Positions 1 to 8,424 of a stretch of 64,000 nt of DNA are shown in pieces. The stretch's first letter is position 1; each line of letters starts with the position of its first letter. Source of the DNA: Candidatus Margulisiibacteriota bacterium (lineage in GTDB: Bacteria; Margulisbacteria; Riflemargulisbacteria; GWF2-39-127); NCBI GenBank assembly GCA_003242895.1, contig QKMY01000023.1, forward strand, positions 1,982 through 65,981. Direction: 5' to 3'. Under the pieces are notes generated by a model. That model was not told where the DNA came from and searched no databases. It worked only from the letters and a program-made list of their open reading frames with translations. The position numbers were made by a program, and so were the translations under genes.

Positions 1-525
1 ACAAATGTGAGGATTATATCAGCTAGTAATGAAGAGTTAAGCCGGAAAATAGAGAAAAACGAGTTTCGGGAAGATCTTTATCATAGAATAGCAGTGGTTC
101 CGTTAACAATTCCGCCTTTGCGTAAAAGGCAAGACGATATCCGGTTATTAGCATATTATTTTCTTGATAAGTTTAACACTAAATATAACAAAAACTTCTC
201 GGTAATAGAGGATGATGCTTTGTCCGTAATGAACTCATATCTTTGGCCAGGTAACGTGAGAGAGTTGGAGCACTTGATGGAGCGGATTGTATCTCTGGAA
301 GAAGACCGGATTGTTAAGTCGTCAGTCCTCCCTTTAGAAATGTTTGTTAAACGGGTCATACAAGAAGAGGATTCTACCTTTAAAAAACTGGTTTCGGATT
401 TTGAAAGGCATCTCATTGCAGGTGCTTTAAAGAAATGTGATAATAACCAAACTAAAACTGCTCTGATGCTTGGCCTTTCACGTACAACTTTGATCTCAAA
501 AATTGATTTATTAGGTATTAAGTAA
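1..525 (+). CDS. sigma-54-dependent transcriptional regulator (NtrC/Fis family), C-terminal fragment; 5' end lies outside the window
   Basis: Frame 1 is open from nt 1. It carries the AAA+ C-terminal part (ELEHLMERIV) and a Fis-type HTH (KTALMLGLSRTTLISKIDLLGI), typical of sigma54 enhancer-binding proteins. Confidence 0.8.
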   Translation, partial: TNVRIISASNEELSRKIEKNEFREDLYHRIAVVPLTIPPLRKRQDDIRLLAYYFLDKFNTKYNKNFSVIEDDALSVMNSYLWPGNVRELEHLMERIVSLEEDRIVKSSVLPLEMFVKRVIQEEDSTFKKLVSDFERHLIAGALKKCDNNQTKTALMLGLSRTTLISKIDLLGIK

Positions 526-2952
526 TGCCAGGTTTATTATAAAGGCAGTTCCTTTGCCTACTTTAGAATTGACAGTTATTGATCCATTATGGCTGTTTAT
601 AATTTGTGCTACTGTGCATAGGCCAATCCCTGTTCCGTTTTGTTTCGATGTGAAAAACGGTTCGAAAATACGTTCTTGTATTTCAGGAACAATCCCTCTC
701 CCTGAATCCGAAATGGTTATCGTAATTTTTTCTTCATCAGCGTATGATTCTATTTTTATGACCCCATTCGAGCCAATTGATTCAATCGAGTTAAGTATCA
801 AGTTGTTGAAGACGGATATAAAGTCCTCTTTACATAAAAATATCGGATAGGTTCTGGATAGGCCCAGCTCCAGTTTGATATTTTTTATAGTTAATTGATG
901 GTAGAAAATAGTCGCAGCTTCTTCGATTATATCTTCAATGAAACCTTGTTCTTTTTTTCCACTTCCGGGTTTAGAATAAGTCAGTAGAGTTTTTATTTTA
1001 TTATCAATCCGTTCAAGCTGCCTTGGAACAATATCCATGAATTCTTTAAGATAATCCTGATCGTTGATCATTTCAGGTAACACTTTAACGAGAGGGATAA
1101 TAACAGCGAGAGGATTTTTTATTTCGTGTGCAAGGCTTGCGGAGATTTTTCCTACGATTGATAATTTCTCGCTGTGCAAGAGAGATTTTTCTGTCTCGAT
1201 CATTCTTTCATTATTGAAGCAGTTAGCCAGTGCTAGTGAAATATGGCGTGATAATGATGCCAATAATTTTAGCTCACCAGCAGAGTATGCTTTTTTGTTT
1301 GATTTGCTGCCAAAAAAGAGGATGCCGATAAATTCATTTTTATAACAAAGAATAGTAGCAACTTCAGATTTCAGTGAATCTATAATATCTTTAATAAAGG
1401 GTAAATTTTGTAAAATATCTTCATCGTAATTTGTAATGAAATTAAGAGACTTTATTGTTTTGATTTGTTCATGAGAAATATTGTATTTGTTTATTTGGGA
1501 CTGGTCTGTTTCGATATAATTATGGATAGATGAGTTTTTTGTGTTATAAAAAAACACTGATAATTCAGTTATAAGAAAGTATTTTCTAAAAAGTTTATTT
1601 GCATGTTCTATTAGTACTTTTTTGTCGAGACTGGTAGCTATATGGTCAGAATAGTAATCCATGGCAGGTTTTAGTATCGTTTGTTCGGGAAAAAAGAAAT
1701 GGTCGGAGTACCTTTGTAAGATATATCGTAAGGGTTCAAGAAAGATAAATAGTACAAAAATATAAATGGTTGAAAATAAAATAAGGCTTTCTGTGCTCAA
1801 GCTAACTACGAGGGAATCTAAAACAATAATATAGATGCTAGCGAAGCTTAACGATAACGTTGTATATAGCAATGTTTTATTTATGAGCAGGTTAAAATCC
1901 AATATATGATTGTTAATTATCCCATAAGTCAGGGTTCCGTAGAGAATAAGTTGTGAGATCATGATTACGAGGTCATAGTAGCCTTGAAAAGCTTCAGGAA
2001 TTAAAAATAATTGAGGTAAGAGAAAAAGACATATAAAAATTGATAATGACAAAAGAATTCCTATAATAATTTTTTGTATCTTTTTTTTGTAGTATTTTTT
2101 GGTATCGGTTATCCGGGTATGGAACAATCCCCTGACTCCAAACAGAAAACACACGAATGTGTAAATAATGAAGGCTTGATTGAAATTGTCAAACGAGAAT
2201 CCCCATAGATAGGTATACAGCGTATCACTTTGGCAGATTGGCCAGCTCATAAGGACCGGTACAGATAGTAGGGCAGGAGCATACAATATCTTTGAATAAA
2301 TAGAAGGTAAATTTCTTTTATAAGACAAAGTATAACAAAAGTGCAAAAAGGAAGCTGGAAAAAACAAGTACCCTAGTCGATGAAAAGCAAATATATTCCC
2401 GGCTATAGTCTCATAGCCAAGCTGTGCAAGAATATGCTGGATGAACGAGGCAAGATAGAAGCTAAAAGGCCCAAGTATGGATATAAAAAATGGTAATCCA
2501 AGGTAGTGATGCCTGTCTCTGATTATAATGATAACAAAAATAGTAAGGAAAAAGAATGTCGTCATTAATCCGATCAGGGTTATCGCTAACTTGTAGTTCC
2601 TTGATTTCTTGGGTAAAACAATAGCAAATTTGGTTTCTTTTTTATTGAAATATTTGCTTGTAATTAGTTTGTCTGATTTGTCTGTGACAATTATTTGGTA
2701 GGGGGATCGGGGATCTATTGAATAAAACTCTACTTGCCCATTGTAGCTTGTTATTCGTTTTTCTTTGTTATTGTTCTGGACGGCAGTAACACCGTGTCCG
2801 TAATTTACATAAATATTTTTTTCGTAGATATAGCCTTTAACAGTTGCCGGAAGTGATGAATGCATCCAATGATTTGCAAAGAATATTAGTGGTATTGATA
2901 TAAGTAATAGTGAGATTAATACATTAATTATGATTTTTTTTTTAATACTCAT
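511..2952 (-). CDS. sensor histidine kinase with N-terminal 7TM-DISM-like multi-TM sensor, GAF-like region, HisKA and HATPase_c
   Basis: Domain order is signal/TM, a periplasmic segment, about 7 TM helices, then the H-box (SLAHEIKNPLAVI) and G-box (GTGIGLCTVAQIINSHNGSITV). The ORF track extends to a TTG at 3015. The ATG at 2952 (MSIKKK...) is the more plausible start but this is uncertain. Its 3' end overlaps the convergent regulator by 15 nt. Confidence 0.75.
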   Translation of the reverse strand: MSIKKKIIINVLISLLLISIPLIFFANHWMHSSLPATVKGYIYEKNIYVNYGHGVTAVQNNNKEKRITSYNGQVEFYSIDPRSPYQIIVTDKSDKLITSKYFNKKETKFAIVLPKKSRNYKLAITLIGLMTTFFFLTIFVIIIIRDRHHYLGLPFFISILGPFSFYLASFIQHILAQLGYETIAGNIFAFHRLGYLFFPASFLHFCYTLSYKRNLPSIYSKILYAPALLSVPVLMSWPICQSDTLYTYLWGFSFDNFNQAFIIYTFVCFLFGVRGLFHTRITDTKKYYKKKIQKIIIGILLSLSIFICLFLLPQLFLIPEAFQGYYDLVIMISQLILYGTLTYGIINNHILDFNLLINKTLLYTTLSLSFASIYIIVLDSLVVSLSTESLILFSTIYIFVLFIFLEPLRYILQRYSDHFFFPEQTILKPAMDYYSDHIATSLDKKVLIEHANKLFRKYFLITELSVFFYNTKNSSIHNYIETDQSQINKYNISHEQIKTIKSLNFITNYDEDILQNLPFIKDIIDSLKSEVATILCYKNEFIGILFFGSKSNKKAYSAGELKLLASLSRHISLALANCFNNERMIETEKSLLHSEKLSIVGKISASLAHEIKNPLAVIIPLVKVLPEMINDQDYLKEFMDIVPRQLERIDNKIKTLLTYSKPGSGKKEQGFIEDIIEEAATIFYHQLTIKNIKLELGLSRTYPIFLCKEDFISVFNNLILNSIESIGSNGVIKIESYADEEKITITISDSGRGIVPEIQERIFEPFFTSKQNGTGIGLCTVAQIINSHNGSITVNSKVGKGTAFIINLALLNT

Positions 2953-3126
2953 ATCAAAAGATTCTACTTTCTGTGATTTTTTTGTAAATTTGAAATAGTT
3001 TAATTTTTTCTTCAATGCTTTTTATGGATCTAATTTCAGTGCTTTTTTTCATTTTTCTCTTATTTAAGTTTAAAACATTTTCTTTCATTTTTAAAATACT
3101 CCTTGAATTTATTTTTATTTAACAAG

Positions 3127-3144
3127 AAGCATAATTTGTGCCAA
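3127..3144 (-). promoter_or_regulatory. sigma-54 (-24/-12) promoter candidate upstream of the histidine kinase gene
   Basis: The minus strand reads TTGGCACaaattaTGCTT, with GG and GC spaced by 10 nt. This matches the consensus TGGCAC-N5-TTGCW. It lies about 110-175 nt upstream of the kinase start. Confidence 0.5.
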
Positions 3145-3332
3145 CTTTGTGAAAGCTGATATATGGACATAGAATATACCGAAGAAATTATTAATGCATA
3201 AGGACCTATAGTCCCTTGAGTGACGTGGACCACTAATTTAGCATAAAATATATTTCCAGTTTATTTCCAGATTAACGATTGTCGAAATATGGATGTGTGT
3301 AAAAGATTTCGACAGTTCAGGAATTGTCTGGG

Positions 3333-3857
3333 TTAATGTTGGTAGAGATTATTTCCTAGAGAGTCAATAGTTACAAATAAAGGGAGATCTTCAACGACTA
3401 ATTTGTGTATTGCTTCTGGCCCTAGATCGTGAAATGCAATAATAGTGGATTCTTTAATATATGAGGAAATCAGTGCTGCAGTTCCTCCAATACATGTGAA
3501 ATATACTGCTTTGTTTTTTTTGATTGATTCTATCGTTTCATGATTTCTATTTCCTTTGCCTATCATTCCTGCAAGGCCGCGGTCGAGGAGGGCAGGGGTA
3601 TAAGCATCCATCCGGCAGCTGGTTGTTGGGCCCGCTGACCCTATGGTTTGTCCAGGTTTCTTTGGGGTTGGCCCGACATAATAAATTATTTGCCCTTTGA
3701 GCTCAAACGGAAGGCTCTTGTTACTTTCTATGAGTTCAATGAGTTTTTTGTGGGCAGCATCACGTGCGGTGAAAATGGTGCCTGATAGGAATACTTTTTC
3801 GCCGGCACGTAGTTTGTTGAGGATATCTTTCGTGAGTGGAGCGCTTATCTTAGACAT
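3333..3857 (-). CDS. class I fumarate hydratase (Fe-S hydro-lyase), beta subunit
   Basis: Shows the fumarase/tartrate dehydratase beta-type catalytic domain signature (GTIFTARDAAHKK... YYVGPTP... SCRMD). An AAAGGAG RBS sits 8 nt upstream. Confidence 0.85.
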   Translation of the reverse strand: MSKISAPLTKDILNKLRAGEKVFLSGTIFTARDAAHKKLIELIESNKSLPFELKGQIIYYVGPTPKKPGQTIGSAGPTTSCRMDAYTPALLDRGLAGMIGKGNRNHETIESIKKNKAVYFTCIGGTAALISSYIKESTIIAFHDLGPEAIHKLVVEDLPLFVTIDSLGNNLYQH

Positions 3858-4401
3858 GTATTATCTCCTTTTCTGTTACAATAAAGTCCATAGGGATATC
3901 GTGTGAGCCAGACTTGAGTTGGTCGACAATTTGGAATGAATAAGCCAATCCAATTTTTATCCCATGATAGTTATGAAGTATCCTATCGTAGAAGCCTTTC
4001 CCAAATCCTACTCTATGGCCCTGTTTATCGAACGCGATCCCTGGAACGATAGTTATTTGAATATCGTTGATGCTATCTGCGTTGAGGTTCTGAGTGGCTG
4101 GAATTCCGTAAGTATGCGTTACAATGTCTTTTAGTGACGATATTTTGGATGGTACCATTTGAGAGTGATTAGCATCAATAATATACGGAACATATATGAT
4201 TTTCTCTGGTATCCATGATTTAATCAAGGCTATGGTATCTACTTCATTTTTGCAGGATATATAAGTAAAAATTGTTTTTGATGTATTAATTGCTTCAATT
4301 TTGAGTAAATTATTCTGGATCTGTGTACTTAATATGGTTACTTCCTCAGGATAAAGGTTTTTTCTTTTTTCTAATATGCTTTGTCTGATAGCTTGTTTCA
4401 T
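3850..4401 (-). CDS. 5-formyltetrahydrofolate cyclo-ligase
   Basis: About 183 aa and carries the characteristic GFGKGFYDR motif. It overlaps the downstream fumarase beta gene by 8 nt. Confidence 0.8.
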   Translation of the reverse strand: MKQAIRQSILEKRKNLYPEEVTILSTQIQNNLLKIEAINTSKTIFTYISCKNEVDTIALIKSWIPEKIIYVPYIIDANHSQMVPSKISSLKDIVTHTYGIPATQNLNADSINDIQITIVPGIAFDKQGHRVGFGKGFYDRILHNYHGIKIGLAYSFQIVDQLKSGSHDIPMDFIVTEKEIIHV

Positions 4402-4418
4402 ATGTATCAGTCTTTGTC

Positions 4419-5261
4419 TTATAGAATTATTTCTTTATGCCTTGAGCTATGGCACTGAATATTTATAGCGACCGGTAAGGATGCTATGTGGCAAGGATAA
4501 GAATTAATTTTGACGCTAAGTGCAGTTGTCGTGCCTCCAAAACCGGCTGGACCAATGTTGAGTTTGTTGATTTCTTGTAGGAGCTCTATCTCTTTTTTAG
4601 CATAGAAATCATCATCATTTATGTCATCGATTTGTCGTAGAAGGGCTTTTTTTGCTAATAATGCGCAGTATTCAAATGTGCCGCCAATACCAATTCCAAC
4701 GATAATTGGAGGGCATGGATTCGCTTCAGCTTCAGTGACCGTAGCTATTACGAATCTTTTGATTCCTTCCCAGCCATCGGAGGGTTTTAGCATTGCTAAC
4801 TTGCTCATATTTTCTGCTCCGCCGCCTTTGGGACAGAACGATATTTTTAGCGAATCTCCGGGAACGATTGAAGTATGTATGATTGCTGGCGTATTATTCT
4901 CAGTATTTTTCCGTCGAAGAGGATCTTTGACAATCGATTTTCTTAAGTAGCCTTCTTGATATCCTTTGCTTACTCCGGTATTAATCGCAGAGTAGAGATC
5001 CCCGCCGCTAATGTGGACTTCCTGTCCCAGTTCAATAAAGAAAACAGCAAATCCAGTGTCTTGGCATAAGGGAATCTGATTCGTTGCTGCTATCCTTGTA
5101 TTCTGGATAATAAGATCAAGTATCTCTTGGCCTAAACAAGAGCTTTCAGTAGTTTTGCTCAGTTCAAGAGCTTTCTGTACATCCGTTGGTAAATATAAAC
5201 AGGCATTAATACAGAGATCTCTTATTGCTTTTATTATTTGATTACAATTTATTATTTTCAT
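4419..5261 (-). CDS. class I fumarate hydratase (Fe-S hydro-lyase), alpha subunit
   Basis: Has the CQDTG Fe-S ligand motif and the length of the alpha/catalytic-N subunit of two-subunit fumarases. Confidence 0.85.
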   Translation of the reverse strand: MKIINCNQIIKAIRDLCINACLYLPTDVQKALELSKTTESSCLGQEILDLIIQNTRIAATNQIPLCQDTGFAVFFIELGQEVHISGGDLYSAINTGVSKGYQEGYLRKSIVKDPLRRKNTENNTPAIIHTSIVPGDSLKISFCPKGGGAENMSKLAMLKPSDGWEGIKRFVIATVTEAEANPCPPIIVGIGIGGTFEYCALLAKKALLRQIDDINDDDFYAKKEIELLQEINKLNIGPAGFGGTTTALSVKINSYPCHIASLPVAINIQCHSSRHKEIIL

Positions 5262-6520
5262 TAAAGGTTTTTAATAATTGCTTGTGCATACTCCGATGTT
5301 TTTAATTCTTTTGCACCTTCTGTTTGTCGTGCAAGATCATAGGTTACTGTTTTTGCTTGTATAGTTTTCTCGATTGCTTTGTTTATAGCTTGTGCCGCAA
5401 GATCCCAAGCCATATATTCTAACATCATAACTGCTGAAAGTATCAAAGATCCTGGGTTAGCTTTATCAAGCCCTGCATATTTCGGTGCAGTACCGTGTGT
5501 AGCCTCGAAAACGGCGGTGTAATCTCCAATATTTGCGCCTGGTGCCATTCCCAGTCCGCCAACTTGCGCAGCACACGCGTCACTTAAATAATCTCCGTTA
5601 AGGTTAGGCATGGCTAATACGTCATATTCATCGGTCCTTATAAGAATTTGCTGGAACATGTTATCAGCAATTCTATCGTTAATAATTACTTTGCCTTCAG
5701 GTGCGATACCATTATAGATGCTGGTTACTTCTGCTTCGGTAATAGTGGCGTCCGCAAATTCTTTTTTTGCGAGTTCGTACCCCCATTCTTTAAATGCGCC
5801 TTCAGTGAATTTCATGATATTCCCTTTATGTACGATCGTAACCGTTTTTCGGTTATGTTCGATTGCAAACTTGATTGCCTTCCTTACTAATTGTTCCGTA
5901 GCAGTTTTCGAAATGTTTTTTATTCCTATTCCGGAGTCTGCGTTAATATTAATACCAAATTCTTTATCGAGGAATCTGATTATTTTTTTTGCTTCTTTTG
6001 AGTCTTTTTCCCATTCTAGCCCTGAATAGACATCCTCGGTATTTTCTCTGAAAATGACAACGTCCATTTTTTCAGGGTGCTTGACAGGTGCCGGAACCCC
6101 CGTGAAGTAACGGACCGGGCGAACACAGGCATAGAGGTTAAGTTTCTGCCGAATGGCTACGTTAAGGCTTCGCATTCCACCTCCGACTGGAGTTGCAAGA
6201 GGTCCTTTAATCGATATTGCGAATTCTTCAAGCGCATTTAGTGTATCTTTTGGAAGGTAGTTGCCGTCATACAGCTTGTTTGCTTTTTCGCCTGCAAAGA
6301 TTTCGAGCCAAATAATCTTTTTTTCTCCGTTATAAGTTTTTGCTACGGCCGCATCGACTACTGCAATCATTGCCTTAGTTATATCAGGGCCAATACCATC
6401 TCCTGCGATATAAGGAATAATCGGATTGTCTGGTATGGATAGAATTCCATTCTTTGTATTTACTTTTGAGCCTTCCTCCGGAAGCGTGATCTTTTCATAT
6501 GAATAGTTGAACATTGACAT
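5261..6520 (-). CDS. icd: NADP-dependent isocitrate dehydrogenase
   Basis: N-terminus reads ...[14 protein letters not shown] and the IDH signature [27 protein letters not shown] is present. Start taken at the ATG at 6520 (MSMFNY), which has an AAAGGA RBS. The ORF track extends to 6556. Confidence 0.9.
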   Translation of the reverse strand: MSMFNYSYEKITLPEEGSKVNTKNGILSIPDNPIIPYIAGDGIGPDITKAMIAVVDAAVAKTYNGEKKIIWLEIFAGEKANKLYDGNYLPKDTLNALEEFAISIKGPLATPVGGGMRSLNVAIRQKLNLYACVRPVRYFTGVPAPVKHPEKMDVVIFRENTEDVYSGLEWEKDSKEAKKIIRFLDKEFGININADSGIGIKNISKTATEQLVRKAIKFAIEHNRKTVTIVHKGNIMKFTEGAFKEWGYELAKKEFADATITEAEVTSIYNGIAPEGKVIINDRIADNMFQQILIRTDEYDVLAMPNLNGDYLSDACAAQVGGLGMAPGANIGDYTAVFEATHGTAPKYAGLDKANPGSLILSAVMMLEYMAWDLAAQAINKAIEKTIQAKTVTYDLARQTEGAKELKTSEYAQAIIKNL

Positions 6521-6636
6521 TGTTTGATCCTTTCTAATTCCTGGTCTTGTTGTCATCTCGTAGTTTTAGGTCGAGCGAAATTCAATAGTTTATCCGCTAA
6601 ATTTTTACTTATGATGAAACTGGGAATAATTATTTG

Positions 6637-7140
6637 TTATATTGAAAGCTTAAAGTCTCCATGTTTAGCAATGTGGGAAGCAAGTCCGCCATCATTGAGG
6701 ATTGTTATCATAACGTCAGGTAAGGGAACGAAAGTAATATCGATACCAGTTGTTATGTTCTTAATGATGCCTAGTGAAAGGTCAATTTCCAAAGTGTCCC
6801 CCTGATTAATCAAATCGGTATCACATATTAAAGCTGGAAGTCCGACATTTATCGCATTTCGGAAAAAAATCCTTGCAAATGATTTTGCCAGTACTGCTGA
6901 TACCCCTGACAGTTTAATGATTGTTGGTGCATGTTCCCGGCTGGAACCAAGACCAAAGTTGCTTCCTCCGACTACGATATCGCCCGGGGACATGCTCGAT
7001 GCAAAGTTAGGATCTGCATCTTCTAATACGTGTTTTGCTAATTCCGGCAAATTAGATCGAAGATGAAACAATCGCCCGGGGGCTATGTGGTCCGTACTAA
7101 TATTATCTCCAAATTTCCACGATTTACCTGTTAAAGACAT
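6637..7140 (-). CDS. aconitase-family small subunit (LeuD-like, archaeal-type); probably an aconitase or (homo)aconitase small subunit
   Basis: A 167-aa LeuD-type swivel domain (GDNISTDHIAPGR). Lies in an operon with the large subunit, a citrate-synthase-like gene and icd. Confidence 0.8.
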   Translation of the reverse strand: MSLTGKSWKFGDNISTDHIAPGRLFHLRSNLPELAKHVLEDADPNFASSMSPGDIVVGGSNFGLGSSREHAPTIIKLSGVSAVLAKSFARIFFRNAINVGLPALICDTDLINQGDTLEIDLSLGIIKNITTGIDITFVPLPDVMITILNDGGLASHIAKHGDFKLSI

Positions 7141-7156
7141 TGATTAAAAGTCCTCC

Positions 7157-8410
7157 TTACATAAGATCTCTAGGATCAGAAATTTCACCTTTAATTGCTG
7201 CTGCTGCTGCTGTAGCAGGAGAAGAGAGAAAGATATTCCCTTTTACATTTCCCATTCTTCCTTCGAAGTTCCTGTTCTGTGTCGCGAGACAGTTTTCTCC
7301 GTCACCTAATATTCCTTGATGGACACCAACGCAAGCGCCACAACCCGGAGTGTTGATCGCTGCTCCAGCCTCAATAAATGTTTCAATGAGGCCTTCGCGT
7401 ACGGCGTCAAGAAAAACTTGCTTTGAAGCAGGTGTTACAATGAGTCTGGTTGCTGGGTGCCTTTGTTTGTTTTTAAGTATCTGGGCCGCAATTCTCAGGT
7501 CTTCGAGCCGTCCATTAGTGCAGGTCCCAATAAATACTTGATGGACCTTGATCCCAAGGCTTTCCTTGATTGTTTTTGTGTTATCGACAGTGTGAGGGTG
7601 CGAAATCATTGGCTCCAGTTTTGTCACATCAATTTCGATAACCCTATCGTAGTCTGCATTATTGTCTGGTTCCAGGGAAACCCATTTATCGCCTCTGCCC
7701 ATTTTTTCTAAATAATCTTTAGTTATCTCGTCAGAACTGAATAAACCGCATTTAGCGCCGGCTTCAACAGCCATATTCGCAAGTGTAAGTCTGTCATGCA
7801 TCGGCATTTTATCTATTGTTGGGCCGCAAAATTCGAGAGATTTATATGTTGCACCGTCAGCGCCTATCAACCCGATGAGATGTAACATCAAATCTTTGGC
7901 GTATACTCCTTTGGGGAAATCTCCTGTAACGGCAATTTTAAATGTTTCAGGGACTCTAAGCCATGTTCGGCCAAGTGCTATCCCGATTGCTACATCGGTT
8001 GATCCCATTCCGGTAGCAAAAGCGCCTAAGGCTCCACCGGTGCACGTATGAGAATCGGCTCCTATTATTATATCCCCGGGATTAATGTATTTTTCTGCTG
8101 TGATCTGATGGCATACACCTTCGCCAACATCGCTCAGTATTGCTCCTGTTTTTTTTGCGAATTCACGTAAGGCCATATGATCGTTCGAGAGTTCTTTTCG
8201 TGAACTGGGCGCTGAATGATCGATAAATAGGATTGTTCTCTCGGGATTTGAAGCTTTTTCCAGCCCGATTTTTTGCAGTTGTTTAATTGCTAAAGGGCCT
8301 GTTCCGTCTTGAGTGATACAGATGTCAACCTTTGCAATAACGATTTCACCTGCAGAAACGTCTTTGTCTGCATGTGCGCTAATTATTTTTTCTACTAACG
8401 TTTTCCCCAT
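7157..8410 (-). CDS. aconitase-family large subunit (LeuC/HacA-like, archaeal-type)
   Basis: A 417-aa aconitase catalytic domain with Fe-S Cys ligands (GTCTNGR, PGCGACVG). Confidence 0.8.
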   Translation of the reverse strand: MGKTLVEKIISAHADKDVSAGEIVIAKVDICITQDGTGPLAIKQLQKIGLEKASNPERTILFIDHSAPSSRKELSNDHMALREFAKKTGAILSDVGEGVCHQITAEKYINPGDIIIGADSHTCTGGALGAFATGMGSTDVAIGIALGRTWLRVPETFKIAVTGDFPKGVYAKDLMLHLIGLIGADGATYKSLEFCGPTIDKMPMHDRLTLANMAVEAGAKCGLFSSDEITKDYLEKMGRGDKWVSLEPDNNADYDRVIEIDVTKLEPMISHPHTVDNTKTIKESLGIKVHQVFIGTCTNGRLEDLRIAAQILKNKQRHPATRLIVTPASKQVFLDAVREGLIETFIEAGAAINTPGCGACVGVHQGILGDGENCLATQNRNFEGRMGNVKGNIFLSSPATAAAAAIKGEISDPRDLM

Positions 8411-8424
8411 TGATTGCCTCCAGA

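Noticed and set aside
156-416. Antisense or embedded short ORFs inside confident genes (for example 156-416, 554-850, 1064-1345, 5648-6029, 7350-7711, 8777-9191, 11597-12622 and many others in the track)
   Set aside because: They lie wholly within longer, homology-supported genes on the opposite strand or in another frame. They have no RBS and a biased composition.
3277-3315. 9-bp inverted repeat TGTCGAAAT...ATTTCGACA downstream of the fumarase beta gene
   Set aside because: No T-run on either strand. Kept only as a possible protein-binding site and not called as a terminator.
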